Shown piece by piece: positions 48,270 to 56,958 of a DNA stretch of 64,000 nt. Below the pieces are notes generated by a model. That model searched no databases. It was not told the DNA's origin and saw nothing but the letters and a program-made list of their open reading frames with translations. The number at the start of each line of letters is the position of its first letter. The stretch's first letter is position 1. The DNA lies in assembly GCA_902574215.1 (NCBI GenBank), contig CACGMR010000002.1:16693-80692 (forward strand), given 5' to 3'. The translations under genes and the position numbers were made by a program. This DNA comes from an uncultured Pelagibacteraceae bacterium (GTDB taxonomy: Bacteria > Pseudomonadota > Alphaproteobacteria > Pelagibacterales > Pelagibacteraceae).

Positions 48270-49934
48270 ATGAAAGTAGAATTAAGAGACCCAAACAAGA
48301 TAATGAAATTATCAAGGTTAGGATCTTTTCATCAATCAAAATTATCTTTTTTAAGAAGTTTTCTGAATGAATTTAAAGAGTGGGAATATAAAAGAGACTT
48401 ATTTAATTTAAATGAAAATGGTTTTGGAGAAGCAGTTTATTCATTTAAAAAAAATAAAAGAGTTTATTCTCTAGTTTGTTTTGCAAATGAAATCAAAGAT
48501 GAAGAAAGATCAGATAGAGTTATTGCTACAAAATGGGATGCAGCTTTTACATTACATGATGGAGTTCCTACAAAAAAAGATATTGAAAGATTAAAAAATG
48601 AAGTTCCAAAACAAGAAGTTGGTAGACTTTCTTATAAAGAATTAACTTTATCGAGAGCAAACAAATCAGTAAGAATTTATAATCATGTAGTTGAAAGTTT
48701 GAGCAAAGGTAAGCAGCCAGATTTAAACCTATTATCAAAAGTAGGCTATTTATATAGAACTACCGCAGTATATGGCTCAGGTAAATTTGGCCTTGCAGAT
48801 CGATTTAGAATTAAAAATCGTGAGGAAATTAATGGTCCATTCAGATTAGAAATGATGTTGGTTTATTTGGTAAGACAATTTACTTTTGATCAAGTTAATC
48901 ATGTTGCTTATCATAAAAATCCAAAAACAGCTGTTAAGCTAGATTTTAATATTTGTAAAAATTTGGGAATTGGTAATTCTACAGGTCTAGGTATGGCTCC
49001 ATTTATAGTAAATCACCCAACTCTATTAAATAATTGGATTTTAAGTAGAGAGAAGGCACTTAAAAAAATTAGAGAAATCAAAAATGTAAAAAGTCAAGAT
49101 AGTGATTTATTTATAGATTGTGTAAAAAAATCATTAAAAAATATTACAAGCTGGAATACTGATAGTGAATATCAACAAAACAAAATCTCATCATTATTAA
49201 AAGATGTTGAAAAATTTATAAATTTTATAAACAAAGATTTTGATTTTGAGATCGAATATCCTTTTAATAAAATATATCAATGGTTAGAGGACAATACTTG
49301 CGAGGAATGTATTGAATACATTGTTTCAATTATGATGGAACCTTATAACAATATTATAAATCCTTTGGTGAAAGAAATGAGCTCAGATGAAGAAAAATAT
49401 TTTAATATCCCAACCTATAGAAAAGTTGAAGAATTGCGTAATATAGTCGAAGCAAAGTATCCAAATATTTTAGATATTAATTTTGAAGAAAAAGAAAATA
49501 ATAAAAATTTTTGGTTTATTTCAAAAAATAAAGAAGAACCTAGATTGGCGGATCGTTTTGAAGAGCATGGATCAGAATTAGAACAGCCTTTAGCAATAGC
49601 AAGAGACATAAAAAAACTTTATGACAAATTATTAGTCTCAAAAAATAGCATAACTATTGCTGAGTTTTTAACATCAAATTCTGAGTTAAGACATGTTGTA
49701 AGGAGAGCGTTCATTGTAGAAAAATTTCCTTATTCAGAAATACAAGATAATACAATTGGTAAAGATTTGATGCCAATTGATATGCTTAGACTAAAATTAT
49801 CTTTTTTTGGGGCATTAAAATTTGATCCACGATCTGACAAATGGTTAAGAATTTGCATGTTCCAAGGAGCTCCACTTCCAAATGAGCTAAAAAGTTATGA
49901 CGAGCAGTGGGTATATAAAACCAATATTTATTAA
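48270..49934 (+). CDS. Hypothetical protein, 554 aa
   Basis: Conserved-looking enzyme-like motifs (RSDRVIA..WDAAF, GYLYRTTAVYGSGKFG, GIGNSTGLGMAPF, FDPRSD.W.RI.MFQGAP); no family recognised. Confidence 0.85.
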   Translation: MKVELRDPNKIMKLSRLGSFHQSKLSFLRSFLNEFKEWEYKRDLFNLNENGFGEAVYSFKKNKRVYSLVCFANEIKDEERSDRVIATKWDAAFTLHDGVPTKKDIERLKNEVPKQEVGRLSYKELTLSRANKSVRIYNHVVESLSKGKQPDLNLLSKVGYLYRTTAVYGSGKFGLADRFRIKNREEINGPFRLEMMLVYLVRQFTFDQVNHVAYHKNPKTAVKLDFNICKNLGIGNSTGLGMAPFIVNHPTLLNNWILSREKALKKIREIKNVKSQDSDLFIDCVKKSLKNITSWNTDSEYQQNKISSLLKDVEKFINFINKDFDFEIEYPFNKIYQWLEDNTCEECIEYIVSIMMEPYNNIINPLVKEMSSDEEKYFNIPTYRKVEELRNIVEAKYPNILDINFEEKENNKNFWFISKNKEEPRLADRFEEHGSELEQPLAIARDIKKLYDKLLVSKNSITIAEFLTSNSELRHVVRRAFIVEKFPYSEIQDNTIGKDLMPIDMLRLKLSFFGALKFDPRSDKWLRICMFQGAPLPNELKSYDEQWVYKTNIY

Positions 49935-50545
49935 TGAAATCACTGAGTGAAATTGAAACTACCGTTAAAAGAGCTTCAAAAGCAGCGGGCTATTCTTGGG
50001 GAGTTTCTGAGGAGACGGGAAAAAGTATAAGGTTGTTAGAGCTATTTAGTTTACCAGGTATTACGCATCTAAATGAATATTTTAATGAAAAAAATAAAAG
50101 TAAATTTGAAAATTTAAATTTAATTAGTGAAAACAACTCTTCATCAAACAATTCTTATTGTCCAATTACTTTAGGTATTAGTTTTTTAGATCAAATAAAT
50201 GTTTTAGAAAATTTAAAAAAAATTGAATTTAAAAATGTTGCTTATCCAATAATTTTTATTTCCTTTATAAGTCGTTCATCAGAAATTATTGGAAAAAAAA
50301 TTTATGTAAAAATAGATGATAAAAAAATTTTACTAAATTTAAATGTAAATATTAGTTCAAATTTTATTGACCAAGAATTTCCGAAAATAGCGAAGATAAT
50401 TGAGGTAAATCTCCTTGAAAACGAAGATAACTTTACAGACGATGAATGGAATAATTTATACAGGTTATCTGAGGAAACTTTTGTAGAGGAAAGTGACAGT
50501 TTAAAAGAGGGTGCTGCAGGTGCTGGTTTGACTGATAATGATTGA
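49934..50545 (+). CDS. DUF3726-like protein
   Basis: SLSEIE...KRA..AAGYSWG..EE.GK N-terminus and SR/LKxGAAGAGLTDND C-terminus. Confidence 0.7.
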   Translation: MKSLSEIETTVKRASKAAGYSWGVSEETGKSIRLLELFSLPGITHLNEYFNEKNKSKFENLNLISENNSSSNNSYCPITLGISFLDQINVLENLKKIEFKNVAYPIIFISFISRSSEIIGKKIYVKIDDKKILLNLNVNISSNFIDQEFPKIAKIIEVNLLENEDNFTDDEWNNLYRLSEETFVEESDSLKEGAAGAGLTDND

Positions 50546-50705
50546 TAAAATTGATGAAAAAAATTTAAAGTTAGATACTGAAGAATTAAATAATATTTGT
50601 GACGAATGCAAAGAGGAGGACGAAAGTGTTACTCAAAATTTAATTCTTAGTGGATTTAAAATATGTAAATCTTGTAGAGTATCTAAGACTATTTATCCAC
50701 TTTAA
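50538..50705 (+). CDS. Unannotated 55-aa CxxC...CxxC zinc-finger microprotein
   Basis: MIDKIDEKNLKLDTEELNNICDECKEEDESVTQNLILSGFKICKSCRVSKTIYPL*; start overlaps the end of the DUF3726 gene. Confidence 0.6.
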   Translation: MIDKIDEKNLKLDTEELNNICDECKEEDESVTQNLILSGFKICKSCRVSKTIYPL

Positions 50706-51247
50706 CTAATTTGACTAACAGGAAGCATATTCATTCTACTCATTACAAATGAGATAGATAAAAATGCGATAATTAAAAAAGATAAAAGAACAATCCCAAA
50801 GGATTTAAAATTAGATTTTAAACTCAATATTTGTTTAGTTGAAATTATTAAACCTGCAAAAATCCAAAACTGGGTAAGAAATATTATTGGTATCATTAAA
50901 TCTGGTGTGACTGCAAAAAATCTTAATAAACCAGGAGCATGTGCAAATCCAACAGCTGTTAAAACTTTTTTGAAAGAAACTTTGGTTTCCTTATCGGGAA
51001 ATAATTTAACTCCGATTACAAAAATAAAAATTGCCCATATTAGCCAAGTAATAATTGCAGTTAGTCCAGACATTGCGATAGCTGTTTTAATAATCGTATT
51101 CGCCGCTACTGCCCCAGCGATACCATCTAGAATCATTATAATCCCAGCAAAGTATATTGATGCCTCTCCAAAATTTTTATTATCTGAATAAAGAGTTTTG
51201 TCTAATTTTATTGACTTAAAAATTATATTTAAAAATTCAGCAAACAT
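50702..51247 (-). CDS. Yip1-like membrane protein
   Basis: About five hydrophobic helices; GFAHAPG motif. Confidence 0.65.
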   Translation of the reverse strand: MFAEFLNIIFKSIKLDKTLYSDNKNFGEASIYFAGIIMILDGIAGAVAANTIIKTAIAMSGLTAIITWLIWAIFIFVIGVKLFPDKETKVSFKKVLTAVGFAHAPGLLRFFAVTPDLMIPIIFLTQFWIFAGLIISTKQILSLKSNFKSFGIVLLSFLIIAFLSISFVMSRMNMLPVSQIS

Positions 51248-51357
51248 TAATTTTTTTTGTTTTTATTTTTTTGAGCTTTATATGAAACAATTAATGGAAA
51301 TATTATTAAAGCAATAGCAATGATAATGCAAACTGCTATTAGAAAACTTTTGGTCAT
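51247..51357 (-). CDS. Unannotated 36-aa membrane peptide
   Basis: MTKSFLIAVCIIIAIALIIFPLIVSYKAQKNKNKKN*; its stop overlaps the next ATG (TAATG). Confidence 0.5.
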   Translation of the reverse strand: MTKSFLIAVCIIIAIALIIFPLIVSYKAQKNKNKKN

Positions 51358-51369
51358 TAGAATTGATTA

Positions 51370-51391
51370 GGGGAGCTGAAATTAGCTCCCC
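51370..51391 (-). terminator. Hairpin after the GcvT-like gene
   Basis: GGGGAGCT-GAAATT-AGCTCCCC; weak T-tract. Confidence 0.65.
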
Positions 51392-51402
51392 CTTAGTAAA
51401 TT

Positions 51403-52761
51403 TTAGCCTTTTACAACTTCTCTTGTATTTGCGTTGAAAGACTCTTTGAATGGTATATCCACAACTACAGCATCTACAGGTGTTCCTGGAGTGTCTGAGT
51501 ATTTTTCAGGAAGATGAACTTTAAACTTAGTTCCAACTTTTCCTTTTGGAAATCCATTAGGATTTAAAGTTCCATCAAATGGAACATAACCCATTGCAAT
51601 ATTAGTTTTCTTTTCTGGATGCCACCACGGTGAAGTAACAAATCCAACTGGATCTCCACCACTTTCTGGTGATACCAACCAAAAATCAGGCGCATAATCA
51701 TCAATAGGTTTACCACCCAACTCCATTCCAACTAATTGAAGTTTGTATGGTTTTTGACCAGCTTTTATATCTGCTTTCATTTTCTCTAAAGCAGCTTTAC
51801 CAACATAGTCAGCCTTTTTATTCCATTCACCTTTACCAGATAATGAAACTTGATAACCTAAATTACATTGAAACGGATTATGCTGTTGATCCATGTCTTG
51901 TCCCCAAGAAAGAATACCTGCTTGTATTCTTCTATGGTGTGCAGGCGCAATAACCATTAGGTTATGTTTTTTTCCTGCATCCAACACTGCATTCCACATA
52001 TCTTCAGCATATAAAGTTGCATTTCTTAAATATATCTCATAACCAGCTTCTCCTGAAAAACCAGATTGAGAAATCACACAACTTCTTCCACCAATTTTTG
52101 CCTCTGCTAATCCATAGAAAGGCATATTATCAAAATCAACTTGATCTCCACAAAGATCTTTCATTAAAGCTTTTGATTTCGGACCTTGAATTTGTACTGG
52201 ACATGCATCAATTTCTTCAATTGTACAATTAAATCTTCCATCTGCATTTACACCTTGTAAATACATTCCAATATCAGAGTCTGATAATGAAAACCAAAAT
52301 TCATCTTCTGAAATTCTTAAAAGAATTGGATCATTTAAAACTCCTCCGTAAGCATTACACAAGATTACATATCTTGCTCTCATAGGAGAAATTTTTGTTG
52401 CATCTCTAGTTATAACGTAGTCAGTAAACTTTTCTGCATCAGGACCTTTAACTCTTATTTGTCTTTCAACAGCAACATTCCACATTGTTACATGGTTTAC
52501 GATAGCATCGTATTCAACCATTGCTCCACCATCTTCAGGTTTTACATAACCTCTTGGGTGATAAATTCGATTGTATACAGTTGCTCTCCAACAACCTGCC
52601 TGCATTGATAAATGCCAATAAGGTGATTTTCTTACCCTTGTTGAAATTAATAATTCAACTTTAGTTGGCCCACTTTGTCTTAAATTGTATGGTACTTCTC
52701 TATCAGATTGATCAACAGAAGTAACATGTTGTACTTTAGTATAGTCAAATTCTTTAGACAT
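51403..52761 (-). CDS. GcvT-family THF-dependent demethylase (DmdA-related clade), substrate unknown
   Basis: STRVRKSPYW, TVYNR, WNVAVERQI..GPDA, LNDPILLR, SQSGFSGEAGYEIYL and RRIQAGILSWGQD. Confidence 0.85.
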   Translation of the reverse strand: MSKEFDYTKVQHVTSVDQSDREVPYNLRQSGPTKVELLISTRVRKSPYWHLSMQAGCWRATVYNRIYHPRGYVKPEDGGAMVEYDAIVNHVTMWNVAVERQIRVKGPDAEKFTDYVITRDATKISPMRARYVILCNAYGGVLNDPILLRISEDEFWFSLSDSDIGMYLQGVNADGRFNCTIEEIDACPVQIQGPKSKALMKDLCGDQVDFDNMPFYGLAEAKIGGRSCVISQSGFSGEAGYEIYLRNATLYAEDMWNAVLDAGKKHNLMVIAPAHHRRIQAGILSWGQDMDQQHNPFQCNLGYQVSLSGKGEWNKKADYVGKAALEKMKADIKAGQKPYKLQLVGMELGGKPIDDYAPDFWLVSPESGGDPVGFVTSPWWHPEKKTNIAMGYVPFDGTLNPNGFPKGKVGTKFKVHLPEKYSDTPGTPVDAVVVDIPFKESFNANTREVVKG

Positions 52762-53482
52762 AACTATTCTCCTTCAACCACTTGTTAGTTTCCTTCAAGC
52801 CGCCGAATGTATAAATGTGGAAGTTATCAGTGTGCGATTTAACTTTCCCAATTAAATCATTAGGGTCTTTAGGTTTCAATAAATCCAATGCCTTACTAAA
52901 ATTAGATTTAAGAAAGTTTAAGGAATTTTTTGCCCCAACAATATTAGCAAATTTAATTAGGCTAGATATTTTTAATGGCCCAGTAATTCCCACATGCACT
53001 GGTACGCTTTGCTTAGAAATAAAATCTATAATAGGCTGAGGATCAAGTAACCACTGTGTTACAATATAATCAGCGTAAGGCTTTTTATCTATCATAGCTT
53101 TTTCTAAATCTGAGTCGGATATATCAGGACTCCCCTCGGGATGTCCAGCAATTCCTATTTTCATTTTTTCAAAATAACCTGTCTCTAAAAGTTGAAAGGA
53201 ACTATCAAACTTACCTGCCGGTTCTCTTCCACCTCCAATAATTAAGGCTTGCTTTACTCCTCCATCTTTGCATCTAGAAACATAATCTTTAAGTTCTTTT
53301 TCATCATGCATTGATCTAGCAGGAAAATGAGGTACAGGGTTAAATCCTTTTTTTACAAGCTCTACTGCTTTATCAGCAGTTTCTCTGTAATCACCTCCAG
53401 GTAGCATTGTAATGTAAACATCAGACAATGCTGGAACTGTATCAACCTCTGTTTTAGGTCCTATTTCCAATGAAAAATTCAT
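52754..53482 (-). CDS. metF: Methylenetetrahydrofolate reductase-like flavoprotein (short)
   Basis: FSLE, PVPHFPAR, IAGHPEG and IVTQW TIM-barrel motifs; overlaps the demethylase start. Confidence 0.7.
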   Translation of the reverse strand: MNFSLEIGPKTEVDTVPALSDVYITMLPGGDYRETADKAVELVKKGFNPVPHFPARSMHDEKELKDYVSRCKDGGVKQALIIGGGREPAGKFDSSFQLLETGYFEKMKIGIAGHPEGSPDISDSDLEKAMIDKKPYADYIVTQWLLDPQPIIDFISKQSVPVHVGITGPLKISSLIKFANIVGAKNSLNFLKSNFSKALDLLKPKDPNDLIGKVKSHTDNFHIYTFGGLKETNKWLKENSYV

Positions 53483-53544
53483 AGTTAGGATATTTATTTA
53501 TTTTGAAATATGAGTCTAGAAAATTCGATGCAACAAATAATCAA

Positions 53545-54429
53545 TTATTTTATCTGGCCTCTATGCTTTTGGATCCTTCTTCCATATTCTTGAGTGACCC
53601 TATCAAAGACAATTGCGAGAGCAACTATTGCTAATCCATTCATCATACCAAGAGCCAAATATTGGTTAGAAACAGCTCTTAATATTGGCACACCCAGACC
53701 TTTTACGCCTATCATAGAAGCAATAACCACCATAGCTAAAGCCATCATTATTGTTTGGTTTACACCAGCAAAAACAGTGGGTAAAGCTAGCGGGATTTGA
53801 ACAGATTTTAATTTTTGTGCTGTGGTTGCTCCAAAGGCCTCACTGGCTTCCAAAGTCTCTTTGTCTACTTCTCTAATACCTAGATTAGTTAATCTAATAA
53901 TTGGAGGAACTGCATAAACACAAACAGCAATTAATCCTGGGACTTTTCCAATTCCTAATAACATCAAAATTGGGATCAAATAAACAAAACTAGGAATTGT
54001 TTGCATCATATCTAATACAGGAAGTATTGCCTTTTCAGCTCTAGCTGATCTAGCCATTACAATTCCTATTGGTATACCCACAACTATACAGATGATTGTG
54101 CAAACAGTAATAATAGCAACTGTTGCCATACAATCTTCCCACATTCCAAAATAACCAATTAATAAAAAAGCAATTGCACTTCCTACAACTAATTTCCAAC
54201 TTCTTGAACCTAACCAGGCTAATCCACAAATTGTTCCAATAATTATTATCCATGGTGTAGATAATAATAATTTTTCTAATGATACTAAAAAAAATAATAA
54301 TGGATCAAAAAAAGCTTCTATGTTGTCCCCATATTCTTTTGAAAAATTTCTAAAAGCTAAGTCTATACCTTTTCTTAGCTCCATTTGGGATCTTCTTCCC
54401 AGTTCTGGAAATTCAGTAAAAAATTCCAT
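53545..54429 (-). CDS. proW: Glycine betaine/proline ABC permease
   Basis: LDMMQTIPSFVYLIP, RLTNLGIR, EASEAFG and GVNQTIMMALAMVVIASMIG. Confidence 0.9.
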   Translation of the reverse strand: MEFFTEFPELGRRSQMELRKGIDLAFRNFSKEYGDNIEAFFDPLLFFLVSLEKLLLSTPWIIIIGTICGLAWLGSRSWKLVVGSAIAFLLIGYFGMWEDCMATVAIITVCTIICIVVGIPIGIVMARSARAEKAILPVLDMMQTIPSFVYLIPILMLLGIGKVPGLIAVCVYAVPPIIRLTNLGIREVDKETLEASEAFGATTAQKLKSVQIPLALPTVFAGVNQTIMMALAMVVIASMIGVKGLGVPILRAVSNQYLALGMMNGLAIVALAIVFDRVTQEYGRRIQKHRGQIK

Positions 54430-54441
54430 AAATATAATATC

Positions 54442-54470
54442 TTACGAGCCTATATTAAATAGGCTCGTAA
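54442..54470 (-). terminator. Intercistronic hairpin between proX and proW
   Basis: TTACGAGCCTAT-ATTAA-ATAGGCTCGTAA 12-bp perfect stem. Confidence 0.75.
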
Positions 54471-54481
54471 TTTAAAGTTAA

Positions 54482-55492
54482 TTATAAACTTTTTTTGATT
54501 TTTTTTGCAGCATCAGAAGATACCCACTTAGTCCAAATATCTTCATGCTTAATTAAAAACTCAACTGCAGCATCTGAACCTTTTGCTTGGTTATCAGCCA
54601 TATAAACTAACATTCCATTCATTACTGTGCCTGGAAAAGTTCTGTTTTCAACATATTTAAGAACATTTTTTCCACCAGTTTTAGCAAAGTTAGCACTTAC
54701 AATTGAGTTCACCTCAGATGCTGTCCAAGCTGTTGGTTTTGGATTTGCACAATCTTGTTCTGCAAGAGTGATACAATTGTCCCAATTATCTCTACCTGCA
54801 AAAGGAACACCAAAGTCAACTTGTTGTAAATTATATTTTCCAACCATTGATGTAGGATTCCAATAATATCCAAACCATGGCTCGCCAGAGTCTGATGCTT
54901 TAGCAATTGAACCATCTAAACCTGCAGCTGAACCTGGATCAATAAGTTTCCAACCCTTTTTTTCCATTTCAAATGCTCTATATAAATTGGCATTAGCTAA
55001 TTGACATCCCCAACCTGCTGGACATCCCATGAAAGCACCTTTTGATGGGTCCTCTTTATCAGGAAACAAGTCTGGACGTTCTAAAATTTGAACAGCTGTC
55101 ATTCCCTTAAGCTCTGGATGTTTTTCTAAAGCTGCCGGATTCAACCACCAACCTTCTCCAAGACCAGTAATTGGAGCTTTATTTGCAATAATTAATCTTT
55201 TTTCACTTACCGCTTTTTTTAAAGGAGTGTAAACTGCATTCGCCCATTGTTCAGGGTTCATGTCAGGTGTTCCTTTGTCATTCATAGAAGTAAATGTAGG
55301 CATAGTAGCACCAGGTACTAGTTCTACTTCACACCCATATCCTTCTTCGAGAATGATTTTATCAACGTTTGCCATTAACTCGGCAGATGCCCAGTTTTGT
55401 TCGGCTATAACTAATTTTCCACAAGCATTTGCAAAAGTAGTCATACCTAATGCTAAAAGCGCGGAAAATAGAATTGTTTTTAACTTTTTCAT
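54482..55492 (-). CDS. proX: Glycine betaine/proline-betaine ABC substrate-binding protein
   Basis: Signal peptide from ATG 55492 (GGAGA RBS), NWASAE, GYGCEVELVPG, GEGWW, CPAGWGC and GYYWNPT. Confidence 0.85.
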   Translation of the reverse strand: MKKLKTILFSALLALGMTTFANACGKLVIAEQNWASAELMANVDKIILEEGYGCEVELVPGATMPTFTSMNDKGTPDMNPEQWANAVYTPLKKAVSEKRLIIANKAPITGLGEGWWLNPAALEKHPELKGMTAVQILERPDLFPDKEDPSKGAFMGCPAGWGCQLANANLYRAFEMEKKGWKLIDPGSAAGLDGSIAKASDSGEPWFGYYWNPTSMVGKYNLQQVDFGVPFAGRDNWDNCITLAEQDCANPKPTAWTASEVNSIVSANFAKTGGKNVLKYVENRTFPGTVMNGMLVYMADNQAKGSDAAVEFLIKHEDIWTKWVSSDAAKKIKKSL

Positions 55493-55768
55493 TATATCTC
55501 CGTTAGTTAATTTTTGAATTAACACTACAACATATCAGTAAAAAGATTGCAAATAAGTTTCAACTATTAGTTGAAGTTAAATTGTCTTTAATTAAGATTT
55601 ATTAAAGGATAAAGTTTTTTCTATTATGTTTTCTGCAAATTTTTTTTTCAAAGAGTTTGTTTATATTTTAAACTGCAAAACTGTATTTCAACAAATCATT
55701 ATAAGAGAATCGTAAAATTTAGCTTTAATTAATTCCAACTTAAACAAGGAGGTTTAACAAAAGTTGAA

Positions 55769-56947
55769 ATGAAAAAGTTATCACAAATAATCGATTTAAA
55801 AAAAATAAAAGTAGTTAATAAAAATATAGATAAAGCTCATGGTCTACCTAATGAGTGCTATACAAATAATGAGTATTTATTTGTTGAAAGAAAAAAAATA
55901 TTTGAAAATAAATGGGTTGTAATTGGTGTTGGAAGTTCAATTCCTAATGTTGGAGACGCAAAACCATTTGATCTTTTAGGAATACCATTAATTATTTTAA
56001 GAGATAAAAACAAAAAAATAAAAGTTTTTCATAATGTTTGTAGTCATAGAGGATACAAAATTCTTCAAGAAAAATGTAAAATTAAAAATGCAATAAGATG
56101 TCCTTATCACTCTTGGTCCTATGATTTGAGCGGCAAGTTAATAGCCACCCCTCATATTGGTGGAATGAACAAACATAATTGTAATAAATTTAGCAAATCA
56201 AAAAGTGGACTTAAGGAAGTTAGATCTCATCTTTGGTTAGATTTAATTTTTGTTAATTTAAATAATAATGAAATTGATTTTGAAAAATATATTAAACCTC
56301 TGAGTGATAGATGGAAAAAATTCTGGCCAATAAAAGATAGAGATTTAATAGTTTATTCGAAAGATTATGGTTATTTTAATTTGAATGCTAAATGTAATTG
56401 GAAATTTGCAATAGAAAATTATTGTGAAAGTTATCATCTTCCGTGGGTTCATCCTGGTTTAAACTCTTACTCAAAAATTGATGATCATTATCATATTCAA
56501 GGATTACCAAATCGTTTTGCTGGCCAAGGTACTATGGTTTATAACCCAAGATTTAAAAGTAATTTAAAATTTCCAACTTTCCCAAACTGGCCGAAAGATC
56601 AAGAGCATATTGCTGAATACGTTGCTCTTTTCCCAAATGTTATGCTTGGGATACATAAAGACCATTTTTATGCCTATTGGTTGGAACCAATAAATAATGA
56701 ATACACTAAAGAACATATGGAAATTTTTTATGTTGGTAATGAAGCAGCAAATTCGAAAAAATTTAAATCACTTAGAAAACAAAACTTTGAACTTTGGAAA
56801 GGAGTTCAAAGTGAAGATTTAAATATAATTGAGGGAATGCAAGATGGTAGAAAATCACCATCTTATAATGGGGGAAACTTTTCACCTGTGATGGATAATC
56901 CTACCCATCATTTCCATAAATGGGTTGCAAACAATATAATGAAATGA
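55769..56947 (+). CDS. Rieske non-heme iron oxygenase alpha subunit (choline monooxygenase/GbcA/CntA-like)
   Basis: CSHRG...CPYHSW Rieske site; NWKFAIENYCESYHLPWVH and SED mononuclear iron site. Confidence 0.9.
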   Translation: MKKLSQIIDLKKIKVVNKNIDKAHGLPNECYTNNEYLFVERKKIFENKWVVIGVGSSIPNVGDAKPFDLLGIPLIILRDKNKKIKVFHNVCSHRGYKILQEKCKIKNAIRCPYHSWSYDLSGKLIATPHIGGMNKHNCNKFSKSKSGLKEVRSHLWLDLIFVNLNNNEIDFEKYIKPLSDRWKKFWPIKDRDLIVYSKDYGYFNLNAKCNWKFAIENYCESYHLPWVHPGLNSYSKIDDHYHIQGLPNRFAGQGTMVYNPRFKSNLKFPTFPNWPKDQEHIAEYVALFPNVMLGIHKDHFYAYWLEPINNEYTKEHMEIFYVGNEAANSKKFKSLRKQNFELWKGVQSEDLNIIEGMQDGRKSPSYNGGNFSPVMDNPTHHFHKWVANNIMK

Positions 56948-56958
56948 AAGGATAAATT

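Noticed and set aside
51403-52761. Glycine cleavage T protein with a glycine riboswitch
   Set aside because: No gcvH/gcvP neighbours, motifs are DmdA-like, and there is no leader space.
55743-55753. CsrA-type ACAAGGAGGT loop motif
   Set aside because: CsrA is generally absent from alphaproteobacteria and there is a single site; kept only as a generic hairpin.
56948-56958. SAM-V riboswitch expected upstream of Pelagibacter bhmT
   Set aside because: Only 11 bp separate the genes, and I could not recognise a SAM-II/SAM-V pattern in 55493-55768. A covariance search is needed to exclude it.
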